The notes under the pieces are model-generated. The model saw nothing but the letters and a program-made list of their open reading frames with translations, did not search any database and was not told where the DNA came from. From Psychrobacter sp. HD31 (lineage in GTDB: Bacteria; Pseudomonadota; Gammaproteobacteria; Pseudomonadales; Moraxellaceae): DNA of 32,000 nt. A program made the position numbers and the translations under genes. Shown piece by piece: positions 19,028 to 26,408 of this stretch. Positions within the stretch are counted from its first letter, which is position 1. Each line of letters starts with the position of its first letter. The DNA is taken from NCBI RefSeq assembly GCF_051097895.1, contig NZ_CP142525.1, forward strand, positions 1,080,001-1,112,000, given 5' to 3'.

Positions 19028-20752
19028 TCACGCAAAAACCAAGGTCACCGTCAAGCCTTTAGCCTGCTCAGCTATATCATTGCTCTTGGTTGAAGATAGG
19101 GTTGGTGATAGATAAATATCCACACCTGCCTGCTGGCAAATTTGATAAACAATTGCCAACCCAAGCCCAGTTCCATTAATGCCTGCACTCTGCTGAGTAG
19201 AAGTATCACTGCGTTTAGAGTTTTCACCATCGCTAATCCGTACAAAAGGGGTAAATACTTCTTTATAAGATTTTGGCGCAATACCAACCCCTGTATCACA
19301 AATTTGCACCACAAGCCGAGCTGCCTGATTTACTAAATTTTCAATAGGCACATCATGAGTAATGCCAACCAGTTTATCCCCTTTATCTTTAGGTTGATTG
19401 TGGATAAGGGCATGACTATCTGTGATAGAAACCGTGACTTGCCCACTTGCTGGTGTATATAAAATGGCATTTTGTAATAAGTTTTTAAGCACCATCATTA
19501 ATGAGGTTTCATCAATATTTACTTGCTGATAAAGCAAGTTATGTTTTGTGCCCTCAAGTTGGTTATTTACCTCTAGTTCAATTTGTTTATTATCTCCAAT
19601 GGGTAATAACAACAATACCGCTTGGGTTAATACCGCCATTAAATCCGTTTTGCTGGATTCTAGTTGCTGGGCATCAATACGGGCTAGTGTCAATAATTGT
19701 TCTACAAGATGCTGGTTGTGGCTAACTCTGACTGCTAGCTTATCAATACCTTCTCTTATATTTTTTGCCTGAGCTACTGTCAAATCATTGGGTTTTGCCA
19801 AACGTTGCAAGCGCTGTACTTGCAATGATATTGCCGTTAAAGGAGAACGTAGCTCATGTGCTGAATCTGCCACAAAGCGTTGCTGTTGTTTAATATGTTG
19901 ATTTACTTTGCCTAACAGTTGGTTGGTTTCTGTAACCAAGGGCTGTAGCTCTACAGGTACGACAACTTGCTTACCATCTTTGCCAATATCGATGGCACTT
20001 AGATCTTGCTCATCACGATTTGCTACCTGTTTAGACAACTGGCGCACTGGTTTAAACATGCGGTTTAGCAACCAAGGCAATAAAACTAACAATAATAAAA
20101 TGCCTACCAGTACCGGCATGAAAGCCTGTATTGCCCCTGCTTTTGCCAGTTTTTCTTGTAAGCTTTGTTTTTGACGCACAATAATAATGCGATCTGGCAT
20201 ATTTAGCCTAAAACTACGCCAGTCTTCACCTTTTACATCCATTTTGCCAAAACCTTCTGGTAAATTTAGCAGATGTAAACTTTGGATACGCTTTAAATGA
20301 TTAGGATTTAAATACTCAAGAGGTAAAGGGATGACATGCACCCTTATTTGCCCATCAGATTTACTATCAAATTGGCTAATAGCGGATACGTCATTACTTT
20401 CGATTGTCTCTTGTGTTGTATCAATAGGCAGATGGTTGTTTAAACCAATCGATGGTTTGTTATAGTCCCTTCTTTCTTCTTGTGTTTTTCTAAGATGTTC
20501 AATACGGTCAACCCTTCTTGCCAACCTGTTTTTTTTATCTTGCGATGGGTTTAAAGTACGGTTAATTGGACGCCTTGGGGGTGGCGCAGACGCAAACAAC
20601 ATGGCAATGTTTTTTAAATTATCATGCTGGAATTTGTTTAAATCATGATAAGTCTTAAAAAATGCAAAACTCCCTGCCAGCACAGCAACACATAACAAGC
20701 TTGTCGTTATCCAAGTCAGTAGTTGTTTTTGTAAAGACATGACTTCTCTCAT
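19028..20752 (-). CDS. Two-component sensor histidine kinase (QseC/PmrB-like architecture)
   Basis: Two TM helices flank a charged periplasmic region of about 170 aa. The H-box is FVADSAHELRSPLTAI, the N-box LLQNAILYTP, G1 DTGVGI and G2 GTGLGLAIV. There are unusually long inserts between N and G1 and between G1 and G2. Confidence 0.9.
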   Translation of the reverse strand: MREVMSLQKQLLTWITTSLLCVAVLAGSFAFFKTYHDLNKFQHDNLKNIAMLFASAPPPRRPINRTLNPSQDKKNRLARRVDRIEHLRKTQEERRDYNKPSIGLNNHLPIDTTQETIESNDVSAISQFDSKSDGQIRVHVIPLPLEYLNPNHLKRIQSLHLLNLPEGFGKMDVKGEDWRSFRLNMPDRIIIVRQKQSLQEKLAKAGAIQAFMPVLVGILLLLVLLPWLLNRMFKPVRQLSKQVANRDEQDLSAIDIGKDGKQVVVPVELQPLVTETNQLLGKVNQHIKQQQRFVADSAHELRSPLTAISLQVQRLQRLAKPNDLTVAQAKNIREGIDKLAVRVSHNQHLVEQLLTLARIDAQQLESSKTDLMAVLTQAVLLLLPIGDNKQIELEVNNQLEGTKHNLLYQQVNIDETSLMMVLKNLLQNAILYTPASGQVTVSITDSHALIHNQPKDKGDKLVGITHDVPIENLVNQAARLVVQICDTGVGIAPKSYKEVFTPFVRISDGENSKRSDTSTQQSAGINGTGLGLAIVYQICQQAGVDIYLSPTLSSTKSNDIAEQAKGLTVTLVFA

Positions 20753-20786
20753 TTTACCGGATTATAAATTATTTCAAACCCATCAT

Positions 20787-21455
20787 TTACTGCAATTGGG
20801 CTTCACTAATATACCAGCCCATACCTCGCACATTTTTAATGCGTTTTTGCCCAACTTTTTTACGCAAGGCATGGATTAAAAACTCAATGGCATTACTCTC
20901 AACACCTGATGACCAGTCATAAATTGAATCCTCTAATGACGATTTAGAAAACACTTTTTCGGGCGCTGCCATAAAAGTAGAAAGTAGCATATACTCTTTT
21001 GCGGTTAACTCTATGCTCTCACCTGCTCGCTTTAAACGTTTATTTGCTATGTCTAGCTCTAAATCTGCCACTTTTAGCATGTTTTGAGTATGACCCTGCG
21101 CTCGACGAGCCAACACACGCATACGAGCCAAAAGCTCACCAAGTTCAAATGGTTTGGTAACATAATCGTCTGCCCCAGCATCCAACCCTTTAATACGGTC
21201 GGTTAGTTGGTCACGTGCCGTTAATATTAATACGGGCGTATCAATATTGGCTGAACGAATGGTTTGCAGCACATTCATACCATCAATTTCTGGCAAGCCC
21301 AAATCTAACAAAATTAGGTTATATTCTTGCACCTTTAGCGTTAAAATGGCATCTCGACCATCTTTAACCCAATCCACGGTATATGCCTCATCTTGCAGGC
21401 TCTCTTGCAAGCTTTCGCCAATTAATAAGTCGTCTTCAACCAATAAAACTCGCAT
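20787..21455 (-). CDS. OmpR/PhoB-family response regulator (QseB/PmrA-like)
   Basis: MRVLLVEDD..ILLDLGLPEIDG..LILTARD..GADDYVTKPF receiver domain plus a winged-helix C-terminus (LTAKEYMLL..VRGMGWYI). Confidence 0.93.
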   Translation of the reverse strand: MRVLLVEDDLLIGESLQESLQDEAYTVDWVKDGRDAILTLKVQEYNLILLDLGLPEIDGMNVLQTIRSANIDTPVLILTARDQLTDRIKGLDAGADDYVTKPFELGELLARMRVLARRAQGHTQNMLKVADLELDIANKRLKRAGESIELTAKEYMLLSTFMAAPEKVFSKSSLEDSIYDWSSGVESNAIEFLIHALRKKVGQKRIKNVRGMGWYISEAQLQ

Positions 21456-21505
21456 TTTTGTCCTTTTTTTAGTAATGACTCGTGTATAAAACAGGCTAAT
21501 AAGAC

Positions 21506-22261
21506 TTAAAAACTACTATTAAAAAATGTTTCCAATTCATCTGTCATGGGTTTAAATTTAAAATGTTTTGGAACAAGCTGATCTAAAAGTGCTGTGTTAT
21601 CTTGCCAATCCCCAACACATTGATGGTAATTAATTTGCTTACCATTGATTGCATTGTTAATCACAAGCGTCATATTATCGTCTTCTTGTTCAGAAAATCG
21701 GTACCAAAATTTATGATCTCGCATCGTTAACTCATAAACATCATTTGCATAAATAGCATAATAAGCCTCTTGAGTATACTGTTTTGCCTGTAGTTTTAAT
21801 GTATTTTTATTTGGTTGATAGTTACCAAACCAAAACAGTAACTGATAGCCAATATCGGTTTTTTGCACTTGTAACCGAATCATTTCATCAACTTTTGAAT
21901 CGGTAAAACACTCAAAAATAGTAAAAGGTTCATGCAAGGTTTTACCATCTTTAGTATCCGTTATCTGCTCGACAGTTTCCCAATCCATGCCGATAATTGG
22001 TGCATCTAGCACCACACTACCATACTCATTTAAATAATAGCCTTCTGGAATATTATTTAAGTCTTCAGTAGCAACAAAATCACTTTGTTTTGCCTCACTT
22101 AGGTCTACATAGGCTTCTGTTTCAACGACAGGCTCACCTTTACGATTTATAAAATGGGTTGAAACCTCCGCAACTGAAATATTGCTAACCGAAACACTTG
22201 CCATCATCAACATAGTGCAAATAGCCTTGTTGATGCCTGTTTTTTTTGTTTGTTTTATCAT
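21506..22261 (-). CDS. Secreted protein of unknown function (no motif I recognise)
   Basis: 251 aa with SD AGGTGA 4 nt before the ATG and an N-terminal signal-like segment KAICTMLMMASVSVSNISVA. It has only two Cys (FECF, HQCV), is rich in aromatics and acidic residues, and ends 50 nt upstream of the regulator gene. Confidence 0.6.
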   Translation of the reverse strand: MIKQTKKTGINKAICTMLMMASVSVSNISVAEVSTHFINRKGEPVVETEAYVDLSEAKQSDFVATEDLNNIPEGYYLNEYGSVVLDAPIIGMDWETVEQITDTKDGKTLHEPFTIFECFTDSKVDEMIRLQVQKTDIGYQLLFWFGNYQPNKNTLKLQAKQYTQEAYYAIYANDVYELTMRDHKFWYRFSEQEDDNMTLVINNAINGKQINYHQCVGDWQDNTALLDQLVPKHFKFKPMTDELETFFNSSF

Positions 22262-22279
22262 GCATTCACCTAATCCAAT

Positions 22280-22306
22280 CTGACCTGACCTGACCTGACC
22301 TGACCT
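22280..22306. repeat. Perfect pentanucleotide microsatellite: (CTGAC)5 on the plus strand, (GGTCA)5 on the minus strand
   Basis: ctgacctgacctgacctgacctgacct read directly. It ends 18 nt upstream of the ATG at 22261 and 8 nt upstream of its SD. The in-frame upstream reading hits a stop at 22315-22313 with no start codon, so the tract is non-coding. Confidence 0.95.
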
Positions 22307-22337
22307 AAAAAATTAAATCAAAACCATCATGCGTAAA

Positions 22338-22368
22338 GACCGCCATAACTAAAGTATGACGGTTTTTT
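22338..22368 (-). other. Intercistronic hairpin between the PepSY gene and the microsatellite (possible weak terminator or attenuator)
   Basis: The 9-bp stem 22339-22347 / 22355-22363 has one C.A mismatch on the plus strand that is G-U on the minus strand. The T6 run lies on the plus-strand side only, while the minus strand continues CTTTACG. Function is therefore ambiguous. Confidence 0.35.
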
Positions 22369-22408
22369 GGCTATTTAATCAAGATAAATGTGATACCTTA
22401 ATGGGTTT

Positions 22409-23194
22409 TTAACGCATTTCACCTCGCTTACCCTGCTTACCGTGCTGCTGCATCATTTTTTGCATTTCCTGCATGCTTTTGGTATCGGTAACAGCCCCAG
22501 TTTGTGCGTCAACATTAACAAAGGTCACTTTACCATCATTAACAACTTTTACATGGTAGCTTGGCGTTGGGCGTTTAGTCGTATCCATTTGCTGCTTACC
22601 ACGAGCCATGTGCTTACCATGATGACCTCGATGACCAGGTTTACCCTGCATACCAAACTTAGCACTCACAGCCTCACCACCTACTTTGCTTTGTGCTGTT
22701 TGCATTGCTTGCGTTAAACTCACCGCGGGTACTTGCATTAATGGACGATTTTTATCATTTGCATGACTACGGCGGTTATCAGGTTTTTTCATTTCCTCAT
22801 TTGCCAATATTTTGCCAGAGCTTGCATCAACGTTAACATGGTAACCAATGCTTTTATCATTAATAAGCATCACATGGTAGCTTGGCGTTGTGGCATTGGC
22901 TGTTTGTGTTTGTTCAGCCTTATCACTGCGTTTGCCTTTGCCTGCGCTTCTATCCATTCTACTACCATAATGGATACCCACAGCTTTGGCATTAGCCACC
23001 TGTGACTGGGCAATAAGCACTGCTTGATTTGCATTAATTTTTGCATTTGCCGCTTCTATACTTTGCGTTACCATCATGTTGGTTCGGGTATCTGCTGAGT
23101 TTGATGCCGCTACCGCAGTTGTACCCACCCCACCTAACACGGCAAAACTCATTGCCGCTGCTAATATTTTTGTTTTTAAAGATAATGATTTCAT
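22409..23194 (-). CDS. Secreted tandem-PepSY-domain protein
   Basis: I start at ATG 23194 (GGAGA 6 nt upstream; MKSLSLKTKILAAAMSFAVLGGVGTTAVAA signal peptide) rather than the track start at 23374. There are two PepSY-like repeats ending PSYHVMLINDKSIGYHVNVDASSGKIL and PSYHVKVVNDGKVTFVNVDAQTGAV. Each repeat is interrupted by a basic Gly/Lys/His-rich loop. Confidence 0.8.
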   Translation of the reverse strand: MKSLSLKTKILAAAMSFAVLGGVGTTAVAASNSADTRTNMMVTQSIEAANAKINANQAVLIAQSQVANAKAVGIHYGSRMDRSAGKGKRSDKAEQTQTANATTPSYHVMLINDKSIGYHVNVDASSGKILANEEMKKPDNRRSHANDKNRPLMQVPAVSLTQAMQTAQSKVGGEAVSAKFGMQGKPGHRGHHGKHMARGKQQMDTTKRPTPSYHVKVVNDGKVTFVNVDAQTGAVTDTKSMQEMQKMMQQHGKQGKRGEMR

Positions 23195-23325
23195 GTCGAA
23201 TCTCCAGTTTAAGGTTATTAAGTCATTTATTGCCAAGCAACCAAACAGCCAGTTGTTTGCACTCATTGCTTTTCGCAAGCTTGACGTTATCGTGTTTAAG
23301 TTTTTACAAACGATAGCGTTAAACT

Positions 23326-23354
23326 GCTTGGTATGTGTACGCTTGGTATATGTA
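23326..23354. repeat. Tandem 14-bp direct repeat GCTTGGTATRTGTA x2 (15-bp period) upstream of the PepSY gene
   Basis: gcttggtatgtgta (23326-23339) and gcttggtatatgta (23341-23354) match at 13/14 positions. They lie 132-160 nt upstream of ATG 23194. A related pair ATGTATA-cg-ATGTATA occurs at 23444-23459. Confidence 0.6.
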
Positions 23355-23496
23355 TATAGTACCGCCCTAAACATAGGAGAAACTTAGCAACAATTAAGAT
23401 TAAGCATAGCGCACCTTTAAAATCGCTCATTTTTGTTATCACAATGTATACGATGTATAGTTAGCTTTCTTAATGCTCATCACTGCCTTTTTTACA

Positions 23497-23527
23497 TAAA
23501 AAAAGATGAAGTCTGGCTTCATCTTTT
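23497..23527 (-). terminator. Rho-independent terminator after the FAD oxidase gene
   Basis: Perfect stem aagatgaag (23503-23511) / cttcatctt (23517-23525) with loop tctgg. The A7 run at 23498-23504 gives a T-tract on the minus strand. It lies 39 nt downstream of the stop at 23566. Confidence 0.8.
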
Positions 23528-23565
23528 AAATTGCGTAGTACTCGTTATTTAAAAAAAATCATAGG

Positions 23566-24903
23566 TTATTCACCTAAAAATTTTTCCTGCAAAAACTGGT
23601 TCATAAATACTCTATTTGGATCAAACTGTTCACGAATCGCCAAAAACTTGTCCATATTTGGATACAATGCTTTTAGTTCATCATGGGTTAATTTGTTAAC
23701 TTTACCCCAATGTGGTCGACCTTCCCAAGCTTTCATTTCATTTTTTACCCAATCAAATAGAGGGTCAAAAGGGATGCCCTTATAAACATGAAACGACATA
23801 ACCAATTTGTCTTTACCTTGTGTTGGGCTTAAAAATCCTGCCTCGCCTTTGTGCGTACGAACCTCAATTGGAAAATGAGACAAGCGAGTATCTTGCATTA
23901 ATGCCTCATTAAAATAGCTTAAGCATGCTTGATATTTATCTATGTCTACAAAGTATTCTGATTCATTAAAAAACACACCGCGCGGTTTAGGGAAAACCTC
24001 ATAGCTATAGCCTTGCCTTACCGTATTTGGGATATTGTCGGCAGATATTTTACTAACGGTTTTAATATACTTATGGTTTTTGCGTGCAAATTCTGACATC
24101 AAATAAAATGCCCCATTGAGCACCACCTTCCCCTCCATTTTGTCTTTAAAGTGCTGTATTTTGCTCATTGGCTTTGGTTCACAAACTTTAAGCACCTTTT
24201 GCTGTACTTTGTTTGTACCAGGGAACAAAAACCACTCCATATGACGCACATCTTGAGTAACCGCCATAAATTTTGCTAACGCATCATCAAACGCTAATGC
24301 TTCACTGCTTTCATGCAATCCATAAATTGGCACAACCTTCATGGTATATTCAACCATAATGCCAAGCATGCCAAGCGACAAATGCAGTGCGTTAGACAAA
24401 TCATCATTCGTATTTGCATCAATACGGCTATGCGTATGCAGTTCACCACGCCCATCGACCCACTTCCAGCCCACAACTGGTTCTGCAACCGATCCAAGAT
24501 TTATGCCTGTGCCATGTGTCGCGGTTGATACCGCACCAGCCACACTTTGGTTTTGTACGTCACCCATGTTAATCAGTGCTAAGCCGTGTTCCAAAAGTGC
24601 AGGACCAACCTCATGTAAATAAGTGCCTGCCTTGATGGTCACTTCCATTTTTTGCTTATCAACACTCACCAAACCACGCATATGGTGCAAACTAATGGCA
24701 ATTTCTTCAGGTTTCGCAACAGGCGAAAACGAGTGCCCCGCACCTGTTACCCTAACTCTTTTACCATTAGCAGCTGCTTGACGCACGATTTCTTGCAACT
24801 GCTCGACCGAGTTTGGAGTTAGTTTTTGTTCTGGCGTTGCCTGCTCGTACCCTACCCAATTTTGCCAGGTTGAGCGACTATGCCAATCGGTTAATGAAAA
24901 CAT
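23566..24903 (-). CDS. FAD-linked oxidoreductase of the L-gulonolactone / D-arabinono-1,4-lactone / alditol oxidase family (VAO fold)
   Basis: VRVTGAGHSFSP contains the His that is the covalent-FAD site in this family. Other features are NQSVAGAVSTATHGTG and a C-terminal ALO-domain signature GRPHWGK..FDPNRVFMN. Its ATG lies inside the upstream gene's last codons. Confidence 0.8.
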   Translation of the reverse strand: MFSLTDWHSRSTWQNWVGYEQATPEQKLTPNSVEQLQEIVRQAAANGKRVRVTGAGHSFSPVAKPEEIAISLHHMRGLVSVDKQKMEVTIKAGTYLHEVGPALLEHGLALINMGDVQNQSVAGAVSTATHGTGINLGSVAEPVVGWKWVDGRGELHTHSRIDANTNDDLSNALHLSLGMLGIMVEYTMKVVPIYGLHESSEALAFDDALAKFMAVTQDVRHMEWFLFPGTNKVQQKVLKVCEPKPMSKIQHFKDKMEGKVVLNGAFYLMSEFARKNHKYIKTVSKISADNIPNTVRQGYSYEVFPKPRGVFFNESEYFVDIDKYQACLSYFNEALMQDTRLSHFPIEVRTHKGEAGFLSPTQGKDKLVMSFHVYKGIPFDPLFDWVKNEMKAWEGRPHWGKVNKLTHDELKALYPNMDKFLAIREQFDPNRVFMNQFLQEKFLGE

Positions 24904-26096
24904 TTCCCTTGTCCTCTATACGTTTTAAATGTATCAACTTGTTTGCCATCTTTAAATACTAACAGCTCATTAAAATGCTCACAAAGCTCCCCTGCTTTTG
25001 CATGCCTTAGCCATATATTTTGCCCTATGTCTAACGGTTGTGAACGTTTTATTTTTATGGGCGTTTGCACCTCACCAAAGCCTTCATCTGCTAAGTACTC
25101 AAGTCCTTGAGGATATATAATGACAGGTTGTTTGTCTTTACCCATAGCGCCAGAAGCAATAAACCCACCACTTTGGCAAGTGATGGTATTTTTGTAGGGT
25201 TTACGCGTAACTGGCAATACAAAACCAGCGGCTGGCGTAAAACTTTGCATACTATCCATGTCAGAAAAATATCCAGGCATATAGTAGGCAGAACCAACGG
25301 CAATTTCGGTAATCTCTGGCTGGTTACATGTCCATTGTATGCTACCGCTACCGCCACCATTGACAATCTCCACCATCTGCTTAGTGGCTTGTAAAACTTT
25401 AACGCAGTCTTGCCTAAGTTTTGCAACATGACCTTTTGAACGAGCTTTTAACAAACGAATGATTGGCGCAAGCGCTTCTTTACCTTTTGCTGATTCTGCC
25501 AACCCTGCAATTTGCGCTTCATATCCCATCACACCAACAACCTGTGTGTTTACCACGTTACGATGCTTTTTAAGCAGACGTTTTAGTTTTTTGGCAGAAG
25601 TAATGGGCGATCGCTTAGTGCCAAAATATAGGGCAGGAAATTGAGTCGACAGGTTAACATCAATGCAAACACGCAAAGTAGTATTTAATGATTGCCCAAT
25701 ATCCTCCAACAGTTGCCATTGTTCTGAGCTATCAACCATCCATGTCATTTTTATTGTGTTATCTTGGTCATGGCTTTGCTTTTGGTGTTCTAAGACAGTT
25801 TGCTCACAAGCTAATATGGCTTGTGGATTCATTTGCGGATAAGCACACAATATATCACTAAATCCGTTTTTTATTAAAAACTGGCTCTCTAACGCATCAT
25901 AACTCATTACCCCAACAAAATTTGGTGATTGCTTGGCAATATATTGAAGTACATCAATGTTCCGAATCGACTTTGAAGCAATCCTCAACTTTTTATTTTT
26001 TGTATGTTGGTTAACCAATGCGATGTTTGCATCTAATGCATCTAAGTCTAACCAGGCAGCAGGCGATAAAATTGAAGGGACTTGAGCAAAATTCAC
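24891..26096 (-). CDS. Fold-type III PLP enzyme (alanine-racemase-N-terminal-domain family; D-serine dehydratase / D-threonine aldolase-like)
   Basis: GTG start with AGGAAG upstream. LRIASKSIR provides a candidate PLP lysine in a TIM-barrel N-domain pattern, with GYEAQIAG and VNGGGSGS motifs. 401 aa. It overlaps the downstream oxidase gene by 13 nt. Confidence 0.65.
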   Translation of the reverse strand: MNFAQVPSILSPAAWLDLDALDANIALVNQHTKNKKLRIASKSIRNIDVLQYIAKQSPNFVGVMSYDALESQFLIKNGFSDILCAYPQMNPQAILACEQTVLEHQKQSHDQDNTIKMTWMVDSSEQWQLLEDIGQSLNTTLRVCIDVNLSTQFPALYFGTKRSPITSAKKLKRLLKKHRNVVNTQVVGVMGYEAQIAGLAESAKGKEALAPIIRLLKARSKGHVAKLRQDCVKVLQATKQMVEIVNGGGSGSIQWTCNQPEITEIAVGSAYYMPGYFSDMDSMQSFTPAAGFVLPVTRKPYKNTITCQSGGFIASGAMGKDKQPVIIYPQGLEYLADEGFGEVQTPIKIKRSQPLDIGQNIWLRHAKAGELCEHFNELLVFKDGKQVDTFKTYRGQGKCFH

Positions 26097-26289
26097 AACA
26101 ACTTCCTTTTGTTAATAAACAGCTTATTTATAATTTATTAGTGGGATAATCCTTTATTAAAGCATAGTACCTGTTTTTTATAGCCGTAAGCAAACTTTTA
26201 TCTAAACGCACCATTTTATAATGCCATATTGATAATAATCGCGCAGATACTAAACCTGATAGAATTAACATGAACCATAACAAACTATT

Positions 26290-26322
26290 AAAAAAACCCA
26301 ACCAGCTATTATGCTGATTGAG
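26290..26322 (-). terminator. Rho-independent terminator after the trpB-like gene
   Basis: 10-bp stem 26297-26306 / 26313-26322. Two plus-strand C.A mismatches become G-U on the minus strand, where T7 follows (the complement of A-run 26290-26296). Confidence 0.7.
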
Positions 26323-26408
26323 TTTTTATTAACTAACGATGTACTTATAACCAATCATTAGCGTTTAAAACCGAATACTGTCTTGTAAAAATCGGTTGTG
26401 TTACTGAT

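Noticed and set aside
23195-23374. N-terminal 60 codons of the 321-aa track ORF (MFRAVLYTYTKRTHTKQF...)
   Set aside because: The composition is not protein-like and there is no SD. The internal ATG at 23194 has GGAGA at ideal spacing and starts a textbook signal peptide. The extension also covers the promoter and direct-repeat region.
23531-23785. 84-aa plus-strand ORF at the 3' end of the oxidase gene
   Set aside because: It is antisense to the well-supported ALO-domain C-terminus (HWGK motif region) and has no RBS.
26097-26408. Short ORFs (15-27 codons) in the spacer between the trpB-like gene and the PLP enzyme gene, considered as leader peptides or toxins
   Set aside because: None has an SD, none is Trp-rich as an attenuation leader would be, and the region is adequately explained by a terminator plus a promoter.
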